In this document: in pieces, positions 47,046 to 60,823 of the stretch | How the letters are laid out: each line of letters opens with the position of its first letter | How positions within the stretch are numbered: the stretch's first letter is position 1 | Source: Octopus sinensis | Taxonomy: Eukaryota | Direction: 5' to 3' | Assembly (NCBI RefSeq): GCF_006345805.1 | Contig: NC_043019.1 | Location: 10,787,360 to 10,851,359, forward strand | Length of the DNA: 64,000 nt | The notes under the pieces: generated by a model | The model's input: the letters and a program-made list of their open reading frames with translations, nothing else | Told to the model about the DNA's origin: nothing | Databases searched by the model: none | Program-made: the position numbers and the translations under genes

Positions 47046-50000
47046 GTACAGTACAGTATTGTAACAAGTTTATAAATATCTATCCGTACAAACACACAAA
47101 AATGTTGTTAGTCAATGGTTTTCAAAGATATTTAGGCGTAAAGCCCGTTATACGATTTCCCCCCAAATATTACAAAATCTTGTGTCCTATATTTTAAGGA
47201 CAAACTCCGATTCCCTAATTTTTAATGAGATATCAAATTTAATGAGGAATAAAAATTATTTTTTAAAGAAGCAACAACGTATAATGACTTTGCAGGGTAA
47301 TCTTTAACTATAGCGGCGTTAATAATGGTGAATGGACAAAATATATCTTGACTGTTGTATGTCATTATATTTTGTAATATTATTTCTTTATGGGGGTAAA
47401 CATAGAGGGGACAAACAAGGACAGACAAACGGATTAAGTCGATTACATCAACCCCAGTGCGTAACTGGTACTTTATTTATCGACCCCGAAAGGATGAAAG
47501 GCAAAGTCGACTTCGGCGGAATTTGAACTCGGAAAGTAACGTTTCTGCCAGCTTGCCGCCAATGTTTTGTAATATATACCTACTCTGTGTGAGTGGGAGT
47601 GTGTTTGTGTTTATATGCACACGCACACATATATACGCATGTATTTACTGTATATATATGTACGTATATATATTTATATATATGTATATACTCTTTACGC
47701 TTTTACTCTTTTACTTGTTTCAGTCATTTGAGAGTGGCCATGCTGGAGCACCGCCTATTAGTCGAGCAAATCGATCCCAGGACTTACTCTTTGTAAGCCT
47801 ACTACTTACTCTATCGGTCTCTTTTGCCGAACCGCTATGTTACGGGGACGTAGACACACCAGCATCGGTTGTCAAGCGATATTGGCACAAACACACACAC
47901 ACACATACTTATATACGACGGGCTTCTTTCAGTTTCCGTCTACCAAATCCACTCACAAGGCTTTGGTCGGTCTGAGGCCGAGGCTGGCTACTTTGAGTAA
48001 ACTGTTATCTCCTAGCCATTATCTAGTTGCCTAGTGGCAACTTTATTTTCCATCTTTTGAGGCTGAATGCGTTTGAAATTTACTTTCTTGACTGTAAAAT
48101 GCCAATACACTTAGTGCTTCTAAAAGCTTATATATAAAATGTCCCCACCCCCCACATACTACATACAAACATTCACAGGTAGGTGTGTACATAGATACAT
48201 AGAAACATGCATATATACATACAAGGTGGCTGCCCCCTTGATATCGAGTATGGCCATTGCACGAAGCTTAATCAATGTTGTTATTGTGCAATGCCTGTGC
48301 AGTGAGGAAAGGCTGTGCACTGAGTCAATCCCACTCACTAAGCAACAGCAGCCATAATCCGAAAAGAAGAACAAGTCAACATCATCGGTAACCACTGAGC
48401 CACAGGTTTTATGTCGGAGTTATCCCAGTTACCCGAGTACCTTCTCCTAGAAGGATGCCCTAACAGAGGCTAGGAGTCCTTCACTCCCAGTGGTTTAACC
48501 GCGCGATCGGGTATTCAATCCGATTATTTCTATGTCCCCACGCATGATACAGCCTTAAGACATTTATTGGATGGCCGTTGACTCTCAAGAGTTCCTCCGC
48601 CCTTTGACGGGTTTTGTTTTTCATCCCGCAGGGTGTCCAGTAAACACCCTCCTCACCAAGCGAGCTTGGTGGGGTTGTCGGTTTAATCGCCGACGACCCG
48701 ACCATGCAACAGGTTGTACTGGGTTACATGTTACCAGTAGCACTCGAAAGTAACCTGACAATACATACATACATACATGTATTATGAGCATGTCTAGACA
48801 TGCAACTATAAGCATGAGAATACTTACATAATACAAAATATACAAATCTGTACAGGCGCAGTAGTGGCTGTGTGGTAAGTAGCTTGCTTACCAACCACAT
48901 GGTTCCGGGTTCAGTCCCACTGTGTGGCACTTTGGGCAAGTGTCTTCTACTATAGCCTCGGGCCGACCAAAGCCCTGTGAGTGGATTTGGTAGATGGAAA
49001 CTGAAAGAAGCCCGTCGTATATATGTATATATATATATATGCGTGTGTGTGTTTGTGTGTCTGTGTTTGTCCCCTAGCATTGCTTGACAACCGATGCTAG
49101 TGTGTTTATGTCCCCATCACTTAGCGGTTCAGCAAAAGAGACCGATAGAATAAGTACTGGGCTTACAAAAGAATAAGTCCCGGGGTCGATTTGCTCGATT
49201 AAAGGCGGTGTTCCAGCATGGCCGCAGTCAAATGACTGAAATAAGTAAAAGAGTAAAAGAGTATATACATACATACATACATACATACAAAAATACCCTA
49301 TTGATGTTGTTGAAATTCCAATGGATCTAGGTTAGAAACTGGTTCTTTCTCTGTTGGCAAGAAATCTTGAAATAAAACTGAATAATGACATACATACATA
49401 CATACATACATACATACATAAATACATACATACACACACACACACACATACATACACATACATACATACATACATACATACATACCCATAATATCGAGAT
49501 TGTTGTCTTGACAAGTGTGTTAATCTGAAACTAAAGCGATTACATCGTGAAAGAACCATCAGAGCCATTTAAAGGAAAACACACATAATCTGTTATATCC
49601 TTTTTATTTCTGGAGGTGTCAAAATCGTCACGGTTTGTTAGTCACATTCAAGTTCAGTTCATTCAGTTCGTACAAGTTTATGGAAGTTTCTATTCCATTA
49701 CACCCATCCCACCCCCTTATTTCCTTCCCCTTTCTTTTCTTTCTTTTACCTTTGTCGTAGTCGTTGACTTGAAATGTATGGGGGACATTGTTATATATGT
49801 AGGAAAATATGCTTCAAATATCGTCTTATAGTGCATAAGAAGATATTTCGTGGGTGTGTGATAAGACGCTTGCTACCCAACTACATGGTTCAGGGTTCAG
49901 TCCCAACTGAGTCGTATCTTGGTTGAATGTCATCTACTATAGCCTTGGGACAGCAAAAGACTTGTGAGTGGATTTGGTCAATGGAAACTGAAAGAAGCCT

Positions 50001-53000
50001 GTCAGACATGTGTGTGTGTGTTTCTGTGTGTGTATGTTTGTGTGTCTGTGTTTGTCCCCCCAACATCGCCTGACAACCAATGCTGGTGTGTTTACGTCCC
50101 CGTAACTTAACAGTTCGGCAAAAGAGACAGATAGAATAAGCGTATATATATAGATATGTGTGTGTGTGTGTGTGCATGTCTGTGTCTGTGTTTGTCTCCC
50201 ACCACTGCTTGACAACTGATGTTGGTGTGTTTACGTCCCTGTCTGTGTTTGTCTCCCACCACTGCTTGACAACTGATGTTGGTGTGTTTATGTCCCTGTA
50301 ACTTAGTGGTTTGGCAAAAAAACACCAATAAAAAATAAGTGCTATGCTTAAAAAAAAATGTCCCCAGGTTGATTTGCTCCACTAAAACCTTTCAAGGTGG
50401 TGCCCCAGCATAGCTGCTATTAAATGACTGAAACAAATAAAAGATAAAAAATTTATATATACATAGGTGCAGGAATGGCTGTGTGGTAAGTAGCTTGTTT
50501 ACCAACCACATGGTTCCGGGTTCAGTCCCACTGCGTGGCATCTTGGGCAAGTGTCTTCTGCTATAGCCTCGGGCCGACCAATGCCTTGTGAATGGATTTG
50601 GTAGATGGAAACTGAAAGAAGCCCGTCGTATATATGTATATATATATATATGTGTGTGTGTATGTGTTTGTCCCCCTAGCATTGCTTGACAACCGATGCT
50701 GGTGTGTTTACGTCCCCGTAACATAGCGGTTCGGCAAAAGAGACCGATAGAATAAGTACTGGACTTACAAAGAATAAGTGCTCCAGCATAGCCACAGTCA
50801 AATGACTGAAACAAGTAAAAGAGTAAATAAGCATTATATTTGACAGAGTAATCTGAATGCTAAAGGGTTAAGACAGCAAGCTGGCAGAGTTGTTAGCATA
50901 CCAGAAAAGATACTTAGTAGCATTTCTTCTGACCCCTTATGTTCTGAATTCAAATTCTGCCATGGTCAATTTTGTCTTTCATCCTTTTGGGGGTTGATAA
51001 AATAATTACCTGTTGAGAACTGGTGTTGATGTGATCAACTAGTCTCTCCCCATAAAATTTCAGGCCTTGTGACTATAGTTGAAAAGGGTTATTACCTTGT
51101 TTGGAAACAGGTGAGGGTTGGTTTCAGGAAAACATGTAGGAAGAAGAGAAAAAGTGGTCCTCAAATTGGGGACTTGGTTTTGAAGCCTGGTAGAGGCAGT
51201 CAAGTTAAGCACCCACCCCAAAAACTCAGAATTGCAAACAGATGGAATAAATATCACAAGGTATCTCATTTAAGAATTTCACTTATCCATGGTCCCAGAC
51301 AGGTACTTTGCTTTATCAACCTTGATCCTGAAAGGAAGAAAATTAATCTTAGTGGAGTTTGAACCTAGAGCACAGAGACCTGGATTGTGTCAGTGAACGG
51401 CCATGGATGTGTGATGGAAATTTTCACACCTGAATAGAAAATAAATAAAAAGTGAATAAAATAGATTTTGTGAGTTCTTAAAGGCTATGATGGCTTTTTC
51501 TTGACATAATTCACACACACACACACACATATGATCATAATTTATTCATAGAGTTTATCTCTCTATGATACGCTGGTCACAAAGAGATAAACTATGAATA
51601 AATTAAATATAACTATGTATTGTAATGTACATAGAACACTTAACTGAATGTAGGTTTCTCTGTTTTTAAGAATATCTAGGACTAGTGATGCACCCCGGCG
51701 TTGCCCGGGTGTTATGACCTACAGCCACATTGTATTATTTGTTCCTTTCTTATGGGCAGAATCGGGACATGAGCTGTATGAAGCAAACAACTCTTCTTTA
51801 TAAACATGTTCTTCAGTCATTTTCTGATGAGCAACGCTGCAGTTTCCATCTACCAAATTCAGTCACAAGTTTGTGGGCTATAGTAGAAAACACTTGCCCA
51901 AGGTACCGTGCAGAGGGACTGAATGTGGAACCATGTGGTTGGGAAACAAAAATTTCTCGACCATACAGTCATTCTTGTACCTAATTAGTTTAATTATAAT
52001 TATAATTAATTTAATTTTTTCCATGTTTCATACATGTTGGTGTTATTTGAAATGATTGTCTGCATGGATTAAAATTTTTAACATCTTCTCTTCTCCATCT
52101 TTAATTGTTAGTTGAGTTTATATAGGACTAGCACTATGACCCGGCAACACTGGGTCATAGTGCTAGTGCATGCATATACAGCTGTGTGCGTGCACACATA
52201 CACACGAGTACTGTCCAATTCTCTGACCAATCACATACAGCTAGCTGGCATTCAATTGGTGTATCAAGTTTCAGGCATTTTGATTGGGTTTTGGATAGAA
52301 AATTCACAAAAAAGTCACTTCTATTGATTTTTTAATGGCTTTGCGGGGTGACTGGGGAAATGTAAAAATGTGCACGACCACCCTTGGATGGTTTTGAATG
52401 ACCATAGAAAGTGCGAGCCCTCTAACTGAAAAATTGTGGATTTGTATAAAGGACGCACACCCAGACATTTTCCCGTTTATATATATAGAGATTATATCCT
52501 ATAAATGCTCATAACACACCTTATACTTGTTAAATTTTCATATTTTAAAAAATAAATACTTATATTAAAAAGCTACAATTTTAATATTCAGAATCTTTAT
52601 TAGAAATATAACTTTGGACCCCCACAAAGCAAAAATGTTCTAATTGAACTCAAACTTTCTCTCTCTCTCACACACACACATATTTATATACTTTATTTAG
52701 GCATTTCTACGTATCATTAAAGAGAACACTAATCTCCAGGATGAGATTAAGTCCCTCTACACTGCTAAAGGAAGATTGCTTGATATGAATGGCAAACTGG
52801 AAGATGGTAAGTAAGAATCAAAGTTTCTACACTTGAGAGATTCTGTCTTTCATTGGTTAATAATGACATAATTGTCAGAATTGTTTTTATTATTATAATG
52901 AACTAAGGCCCTGTGTGTGTGTCTTTGTGTTTGTACTTGTCCCCCCACCACCACTTGACAACCTGTGTTAGTGTGTTTGTGTCCCTGTAACTTAGCGGTT

Positions 53001-56000
53001 CAGCAAAAGATACTGATAGAATATATACCAGTTTATCAGAATTGTTTTTATTATTATAATGAACTAAGGCCGTGTGTGTGTGTGTCTTTGTGTTTGTACT
53101 TGTCCCCCCATCACCACTTGACAACCTGTGTTAGTGTGTTTATGTCCCTGTAACTTAGTGGTTCAGCAAAAGATACTGATAGAATATATACCAGCTTATC
53201 AGAATTGTTTTTATTATTATAATGAACTAAGGCCCTGTGTGTGTGTGTGTCTTTGTGTTTGTACTTGTCCCCTATCACCACCACTTGACAACCTGTGTTA
53301 GTGTGTTTATGTCCCTGTAACTTAGCGGTTCAGCAAAAGATACTGATAGAATATATACCAGCTTATCAGAATTGTTTTTATTATTATAATGAACTAAGGC
53401 CGTGTGTGTGTGTGTCTTTGTGTTTGTACTTGTCTCCCTCCCCCACCACTTGACAACCTGTGTTAGTGTGTTTATGTCCCTGTAACTTGGCAGTTCAGCA
53501 AAAGATACTGATAGAATATATACCAGCTTATCAGAATTGTTTTTATTATTATAATGAACTAAAGCCGTGTGTGTGTGTGTGTGTGTCTTTGTGCTTGTAC
53601 TTGTCCCCACACCACCACTTGACAACCTGTGTTAGTGTGTTTATGTCCCTGTAACTTGGCGGTTCAGCAAAAGATACTGATAGAATATATACCAGCTTAT
53701 CAGAATTGTTTTTATTATTATAATGAACTAAAGCCGTGTGTGTGTGTGTGTCTTTGTGCTTGTACTTGTCCCCACACCACCACTTGACAACCTGTGTTAG
53801 TGTGTCCCTGTAACTTGGCGGTTCAGCGAAAGATACTGATAGAATATATACCAGCTTAAAAACATAAAACAAATACTGGGGTCGATTCATTCGACTAAAA
53901 CTTCTTCAATCTGGTGCCCCAGCGTGGCCACAGTCTAACGACTGAAACGAGTAAGAGAATAAAATAATAATCATCATTGTCGTTATTATTAATTGTCGTT
54001 ATTGTTTATGAATTTCTTTCGTTATTATTTTTGTCGTCATTGTTTTTGAATTCCTTTCGGTTGTTGAAGTGGAATGTTCTTGAAAAATAAAAGTCCAAAT
54101 AAAACAATAAAACTAAAAAATAAAAGCGTAAATAAGTTGTTCCGGAAGGCTGTATGTTCTGATTTCAGTCAATGGTGCAATAGTTTGGATTTTAAGGATT
54201 GTCTCAACAATTTGCGGTATCAAAAATAACCGAGGGGAAATTTAGTGTTGTTGTTGTTGTTGTTGTTGTTGTTACTGTTGCTAGGGAGGTATACTTGAAA
54301 CAAGCTGATACTTAAAATAGAAATGCTGTAATAGCAATAACAACAACAACAACAACAATCACAATATCAGCAATAGCAGTCAAGCCAACAATGCAGTCTC
54401 TACGTGGCTGTTCAATTTACTAGAAACAACAGTGAATTTCTCTGAAATCACTCTAGCAAAGGAAGGACATGTAACATATTAATATAGTCTTGTATATCTG
54501 CAGTTCCCAGCCATTTTTTGCCTCACAGAGCAGGATTCATGAAAGACGATTTTTCCCAGAAACTGGGGCAATCATGTGAATAACAGAACACAGTAAGGTG
54601 CATAATGTGTAATTTAATTATAATTTAATTATGACATCATCATCATCACCACCACCACCACCACCACCACCACTACAACCACCACCACCACTTGGTCACA
54701 AGTGGACGGCCATCATCATATATGTGTGTGTGTATGTATGCATGATTAACAAGCTTCCATTCAGTTTCTGTCTACCAAGTTCACTCATATGGGATTGGTT
54801 GGCCCAGGGCTATTGTAGAACAAGGTGCTGAGCAGTGAGATTGCACCCAAAACCATTGAGAGGGAGCTTTTGTCTACTAGTTGCACGCATTATCTCAGTT
54901 AATCAAAAATTATCACTCCACTAGTTTATATACCTACTTCTTTACTGCCCACAAGGGGCTAAACACAGAGAGGACAAACAAGGACAGACAAACGCATTAA
55001 GTCGATTATATTGACCCCAGTGTATAACTGGTACTTAATTTATCTACCCCGAAAGGATGAAAGGCAAAGTCGACCTCGGCGGAATTTGAACTCAGAACGT
55101 AATGGCAGACGAAATACTGCTAAGCATTTCGCCCGGCGTGCTAACGTTTCTGACTAGTTTATATACCTAAGATCTTAACCTATGTGTATTTGACCTTTTA
55201 GCATTTAAACAAGTTATTTCTGACCAAAAAATTCTACCTTTTCAAACCAACCAGATCCAGCCTCTCACACCTACCCTACAGTCTCATTCTAAAAATATAC
55301 AATCTCAACATCAAAAGTTTGAGCTATGAGATAACGCACATTTAATTCAAGACAATATGAATGAATAAGCATTGCATTTGACAAAATAATCATCATCATC
55401 ATTGTTTAACGTCCGTTTTCCATGCTAGCATGGGTTGGACGGTTCAGCTGGGGTCTGGGAAGCCAGTAGGCTGTGTCAGGCCCAGTCTGATCTGGCAGTG
55501 TTTCTACAGCTGGATGCCCTTCCTAACGCCAACCACTCCGTGAGTGTAGTGGGTGCTTTTTACGTGCCACCTGCACAGGTGCCAGACGAGGCTGGCAAAC
55601 GGCCACGATCGGATGGTGCTTTTTACGTGCCACCGGCACAGGGGCCAGACGAGGCTGGCAAATGGCCACGATCGGATGGTGCTTTTTACGTGCCATCGGC
55701 ACGGAGGCCAGTCGGGGCGGCGCTGGCAACAGCCACGTTTGGATGGTTCTCTTACGTGCCACCGGCACTGGTATCACAGCTACAATTTCCATTGATGTTG
55801 ATCGATTTTGATTTTGATTTTGATTTTCACTTGCCTCAACAGGTCTTCACAAGTAGGGTTTGTGTCACAAGAAGGAAAGGTATGCATAATCTGAATGCTA
55901 AAGGGTTGACACAGAGGAAAGAACACTACTTCCTTGAGATTATCTCCTCTCAGCCATAGTGTTGCTAATCCCTCGAAGTTCTTCCCCACCTTATAGCAAA

Positions 56001-56270
56001 ACCTATCTCAATTGTAGAATCGGATAAGGGGATTGGTTGAGATAATTTCAGTTTGAATATCAAACTGATTTTGTCACCTACCTGTTAAGGTCATTGATAG
56101 GAAGTCTAGGTGACCTTTCAAATTTCCACCTGGAAAGTATGGTCACTGCTTTCTTGCTTTCTGTTGTAATTGGAGATGGAGGTTGAGAAAGATAGGAACT
56201 GGAGGGAGGAAGAAATGAGGGGGGAAAAGAGAAAGACAGGAGATAGAGGGCAAGATGAAGAGACTAGAAG

Positions 56271-56362
<92 letters not shown>

Positions 56363-56634
56363 TTATGTTCTTCTAATATATATTTCCCACTTGTTTAAAG
56401 GCCAGTTGGTTGCTTTAAGTGTGTATTTGCCTTTCCTTTCAGACTTTATGCATTTATGTGTGTACATAATCAGGTGTGTATATACGAGTGTGTGTATATT
56501 TGTGTTTCTTTCTTTTTTGTTGTAGTAGATTGTATATATGTATTTGTGTGTCTGTGTGTACAGGTGTGCTTTTCTGTTAATATCAAGCTGTGGGAGTGTG
56601 TGCACGTTTCTCTGTTAGTGTCAAGCTGTGTTTG

Positions 56635-56665
<31 letters not shown>

Positions 56666-56953
56666 TTTCTACAAGTATCAAATCCTGTGTGTGCATGTGT
56701 GAGCGTATGTGTGTGCCTGTGTGTCTTTTCATAAATTGCTTGCTAATAAGAATTGGCTGACATGAACAATAGTGTATTCAGATGGGCACCACAGGTACAC
56801 ACACACACACACACACACATACGTTTGCATGCACACACACATACACACACACACTCACGTACGTTTGCATGCACACACACACACACACACGTACGTTTGC
56901 ATGCACACACACACACAAACACACACACACAAACACACACACACACAAACACA

Positions 56954-56998
<45 letters not shown>

Positions 56999-59900
56999 AC
57001 ATACACACACACACACACACACAAACACATCTGTGTGTTTGTATATATATATATAAATTTATATATGTGTGTGTGTGTGTATGTGTGTCTGTGTGTACAC
57101 ATACACATATAACTGAATGGCAACAAACACACAGATATGTGTATACAGTATACACATATAGCATATATAGACATACACACACGCGTGCATGCAAGCACAC
57201 GCGCGCACACACACACACATAGACACGCGCACGCACACATAGTGAACCACTGAACGACCTGTTGGACTTCTCTTTCAGCTCAAATGTCCTTTGTTCAGAA
57301 ATGTATGTTAATATAATAGGCCAAGCCAAATGTCCCCTTTTTCCTTTTATTAGTTTCCTCCCCCTTTCTGTCTGACTATAGGAACGTGGAAGGAGCTTGC
57401 TGAAAGAAGGAGCAAAGTATTAGAAACTAAATAAGACAGGGAGAGAGAGAGAGAGAGAGAGAGCTGGGGAGGGAGGGATGGGAGGGAGAGAGCGATGGGG
57501 AGGAAGAGAGAGATGGGGAGAGAGAGAGATGGGGAGGAAGAGAGTGATGGAGAGGGAGAGAGAGATGGGATGGAGAGAGAGAGAGAGCTGGGGAGGGAGA
57601 GAGAGAGCTGGGGAGAGACAGAGAGATAGGAAGGGAGAGTGAGAGAGAGCTGGGGAGGAAGAGAGAGAGAGAGCTGGGGAGAGACAGAGAGATAGGGAGG
57701 AGAGAGAGAGAGAGCTGGGGAGGAAGAGAGAGAGAGAGAGCTGGGGAGAGACAGAGAGATAGGAAGGGAGAGTGAGAGAGAGCTGGGGAGGGAGAGAGAG
57801 AGAGAGAGCTGGGGAGGGAGAGAGAGAGAGAGCTGGGGAGAGACAGAGAGATAGGGAGGGAGAGAGAGAGAGCTGGGGAGGGAGAGAGAGAGAGCTGGGG
57901 AGAGACAGAGAGATAGGGAGGGAGAGAGTGATGGAGAGGAAGAGAGAGATGGGAATGGAGAGAGAGAGAATAATAATAGTGGTATAGAGAGTGATTGATA
58001 TAGAGAATAACAGAGAGGTGAGCTAAGTTTTTAATGTCTCCCTTTTTTTCAGGGACAGTTTGATGTATTGGTGAACAAGTCAACTGCATTAGAAAGCATA
58101 AAGACTGGAAAAAGTTAGTTGACACAGGAGACCAGAAGCCATCTGAATATTGGAAGTGTTACCTGTTACCTCCATGATTTAAGTCAGGTGTCAAAAATAC
58201 TGGCACCATGACTGCTGCTCAATGTTCTGTGAACACTGTGGAAGCACTCCGTCGGTTACGATGACGAGGGTTCCGGTTGATCCGAATCAACGGAACAGCC
58301 TGCTCGTGAAATTAACGTGTAAGTGGCCGAGCACTCCACAGATACGTGTACCCTTAACGTAGTTCTCGGGGATATTCAGCGTGACACAGAGAGTGACAAG
58401 GCCGGCCTTTTGAAATACAGGTACAACAGAAACAGGAAGTAAGAGTGAGAGGAAGTTGTGGTGAAAGAGTACAGCAGGGATCACCACCATCCCCTGCCGG
58501 AGCCTCGTGGAGCTTTAGGTGTTTTCTCTCAATAAACATTCACAACGCCCGGTCTGGGAATCGAAACTGCGATCCTATGACCGCGAGTCCGCTGCCCTAA
58601 CCACTGGGCCATTGCGCCTCCAGTATGTAAGATGTGACATGGACAGCTGAAATAGAGCCAGCAAAACTGTGGCCAGCAGGAAGGGTCACAGCAGGCAATC
58701 TGACTGCATTCATATGCTGGAACTGATCCAACACCTCCAGGACAAAGATGCACAAAGATATATATATATGTAGTGGGCTTCTTTCAGTTTCTGTTTCACA
58801 AATCCACTTACAAGGCTGTGGTTGGCCCAGAGCTAAAGCAGGAGATTCTTGCTCAAGGTGCCATGCAGTGGGACTGAACCTGGTGAAATGAATGTTTTGC
58901 TCAAGAACAGAATGTATTGTTTGGTCCAGGAATTGAAACCATTATCTTGCAGTCACGAGTGCAACAACTAACCACTAGGCCATGTGCCTTCACAGTTAAG
59001 TGCTAGAAGGTTGATTAAATTGACTGGGTGTTGTGGATAATGAGATTGTAAAAGTACCTGGTGAGAATGAATAACTGTATTTAGTTACATCACCTTTGCT
59101 TCCTGAGTTCCTTCCTAAAGTCAACATTGTCTTCTTGGGTCAATAAAATTAGGTTGTGAGGTTTGATTTAACTGACTATAGATTGACCTTCTCCAAAATG
59201 GGTTAAAGTTTGGAGCTGAATGCTTAAGAATTTCTGAAAAAGATAGAAATGATTTTTAGGGTTTGTGTGTATGTGTGTATCTTTTGTCTGTTACTTGTTT
59301 CAGTCATTGGATTGCAAGGATGTAAACAAACTAGTGCCAGTTGTTTAGTGGTTGTGGGGGACTAACACAAACAAAAAAACAAACATAGGACTTCTTTCAG
59401 TTTTCGTCTACCAAATCCTCTCACAATGCTTTGGTCAATCTGGGGCTATAGTAGAAGATACTTACCCAAGGTATCATGCACTGTCCACACACATGAAAAT
59501 GTCATTTGAACCTTCTGAAATCATAAATAACCCAAAATGATTCCAAAATCTTTTAGGATCATCTCCTGACTCACAGAATTTTACTGTGTTCTTGAACCTT
59601 GACTAAAAGATTATATTTTATAAATACTTATTTCTTTACTACTCACAGGGGGCTAAACACAGAAGGGACAAACAAGGACAGACAAACGGATTAACTCAAT
59701 TATATCGACCCCAGTGCGTAACTGGTACTTATTTAATCGACCCCGAAAGGATGAAAGGCTAAATCGACCTCAGCGGAATTTGAACTCAGAACGTAGCGGC
59801 AGATGAAATACTGCTAAGCATTTCGCCCGGCGTGCTAACGTTTCTGCCAGCTCGCCGCCTTGATTTTTTTAGAAATACTGCATAACCATTCCTATCATTT

Positions 59901-60486
59901 CTTCATTTCTCCCTTGTAGAGCCCATCTATTCATTTCTTGATCCTACCTCACATTTCTCTAATGTAGTTGTGACCTCTCCCACTACACACCCTCATATGG
60001 TTGTTATGTCACAGTTTAATTCTCTTCCAGATATCTTGAAGCTCCATGAACTGATTGATGGTTTACAGAAGCAGATTAATATCCTAATATCTGCAGAAGG
60101 TAAGCATTTTCCCTGTTGTTTTTTTCACAAGGTGAGTTTAACCTTTTAGCATTCAGATTATTCTGTCAAGTGTAATGTTCATTTATTCACATTGTTTTGA
60201 AATAATCAGGCATTATCATCTTGTAGCTTTGAGGTTTCAAGATGGGATTGTCTACTTTTAGTATGACAGTGTAGCGTAAGTGTAAGAAACTGTATTTGGC
60301 CAGTTTGAACATAAAACAAATACAATATTTTGGCCTTAATGCCAATATTTTGGCTTATTCCATTATGCCACAGTCTAATGACACTGATTGGTGAACAAGT
60401 TTTTTGGGGTATAATGTGGAATTTATAAACATTTAATGCATTGCTATGCACATTTCCACAAATCACATCTCTTAAAATCACAGTAT

Positions 60487-60526
<40 letters not shown>

Positions 60527-60760
60527 TTTATTGCCCACAGGGGGCTAAACATAGAGAGGACAAACAAGGACAGACAAATGGATTAAGTCGATTACATCGA
60601 CCCCAGTGCGTAACTGGTACTTAATTTATCGACTTCGAAAGGATGAAAGGCAAAGTCGACCTCGGTGGAATTTGAACTCAGAACATAATGGCAGATGAAA
60701 TACTGCTAAGCATTTCACTTGGTGTGCTAATGATTCTGCCAGCTAGCTGCCATTTATATG

Positions 60761-60823
<63 letters not shown>

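Noticed and set aside
58540-58620. tRNA genes (also heads at 491, 26531, 48853, 62318)
   Set aside because: A/B boxes present but each continues into a multi-copy SINE body and no complete cloverleaf was evident.
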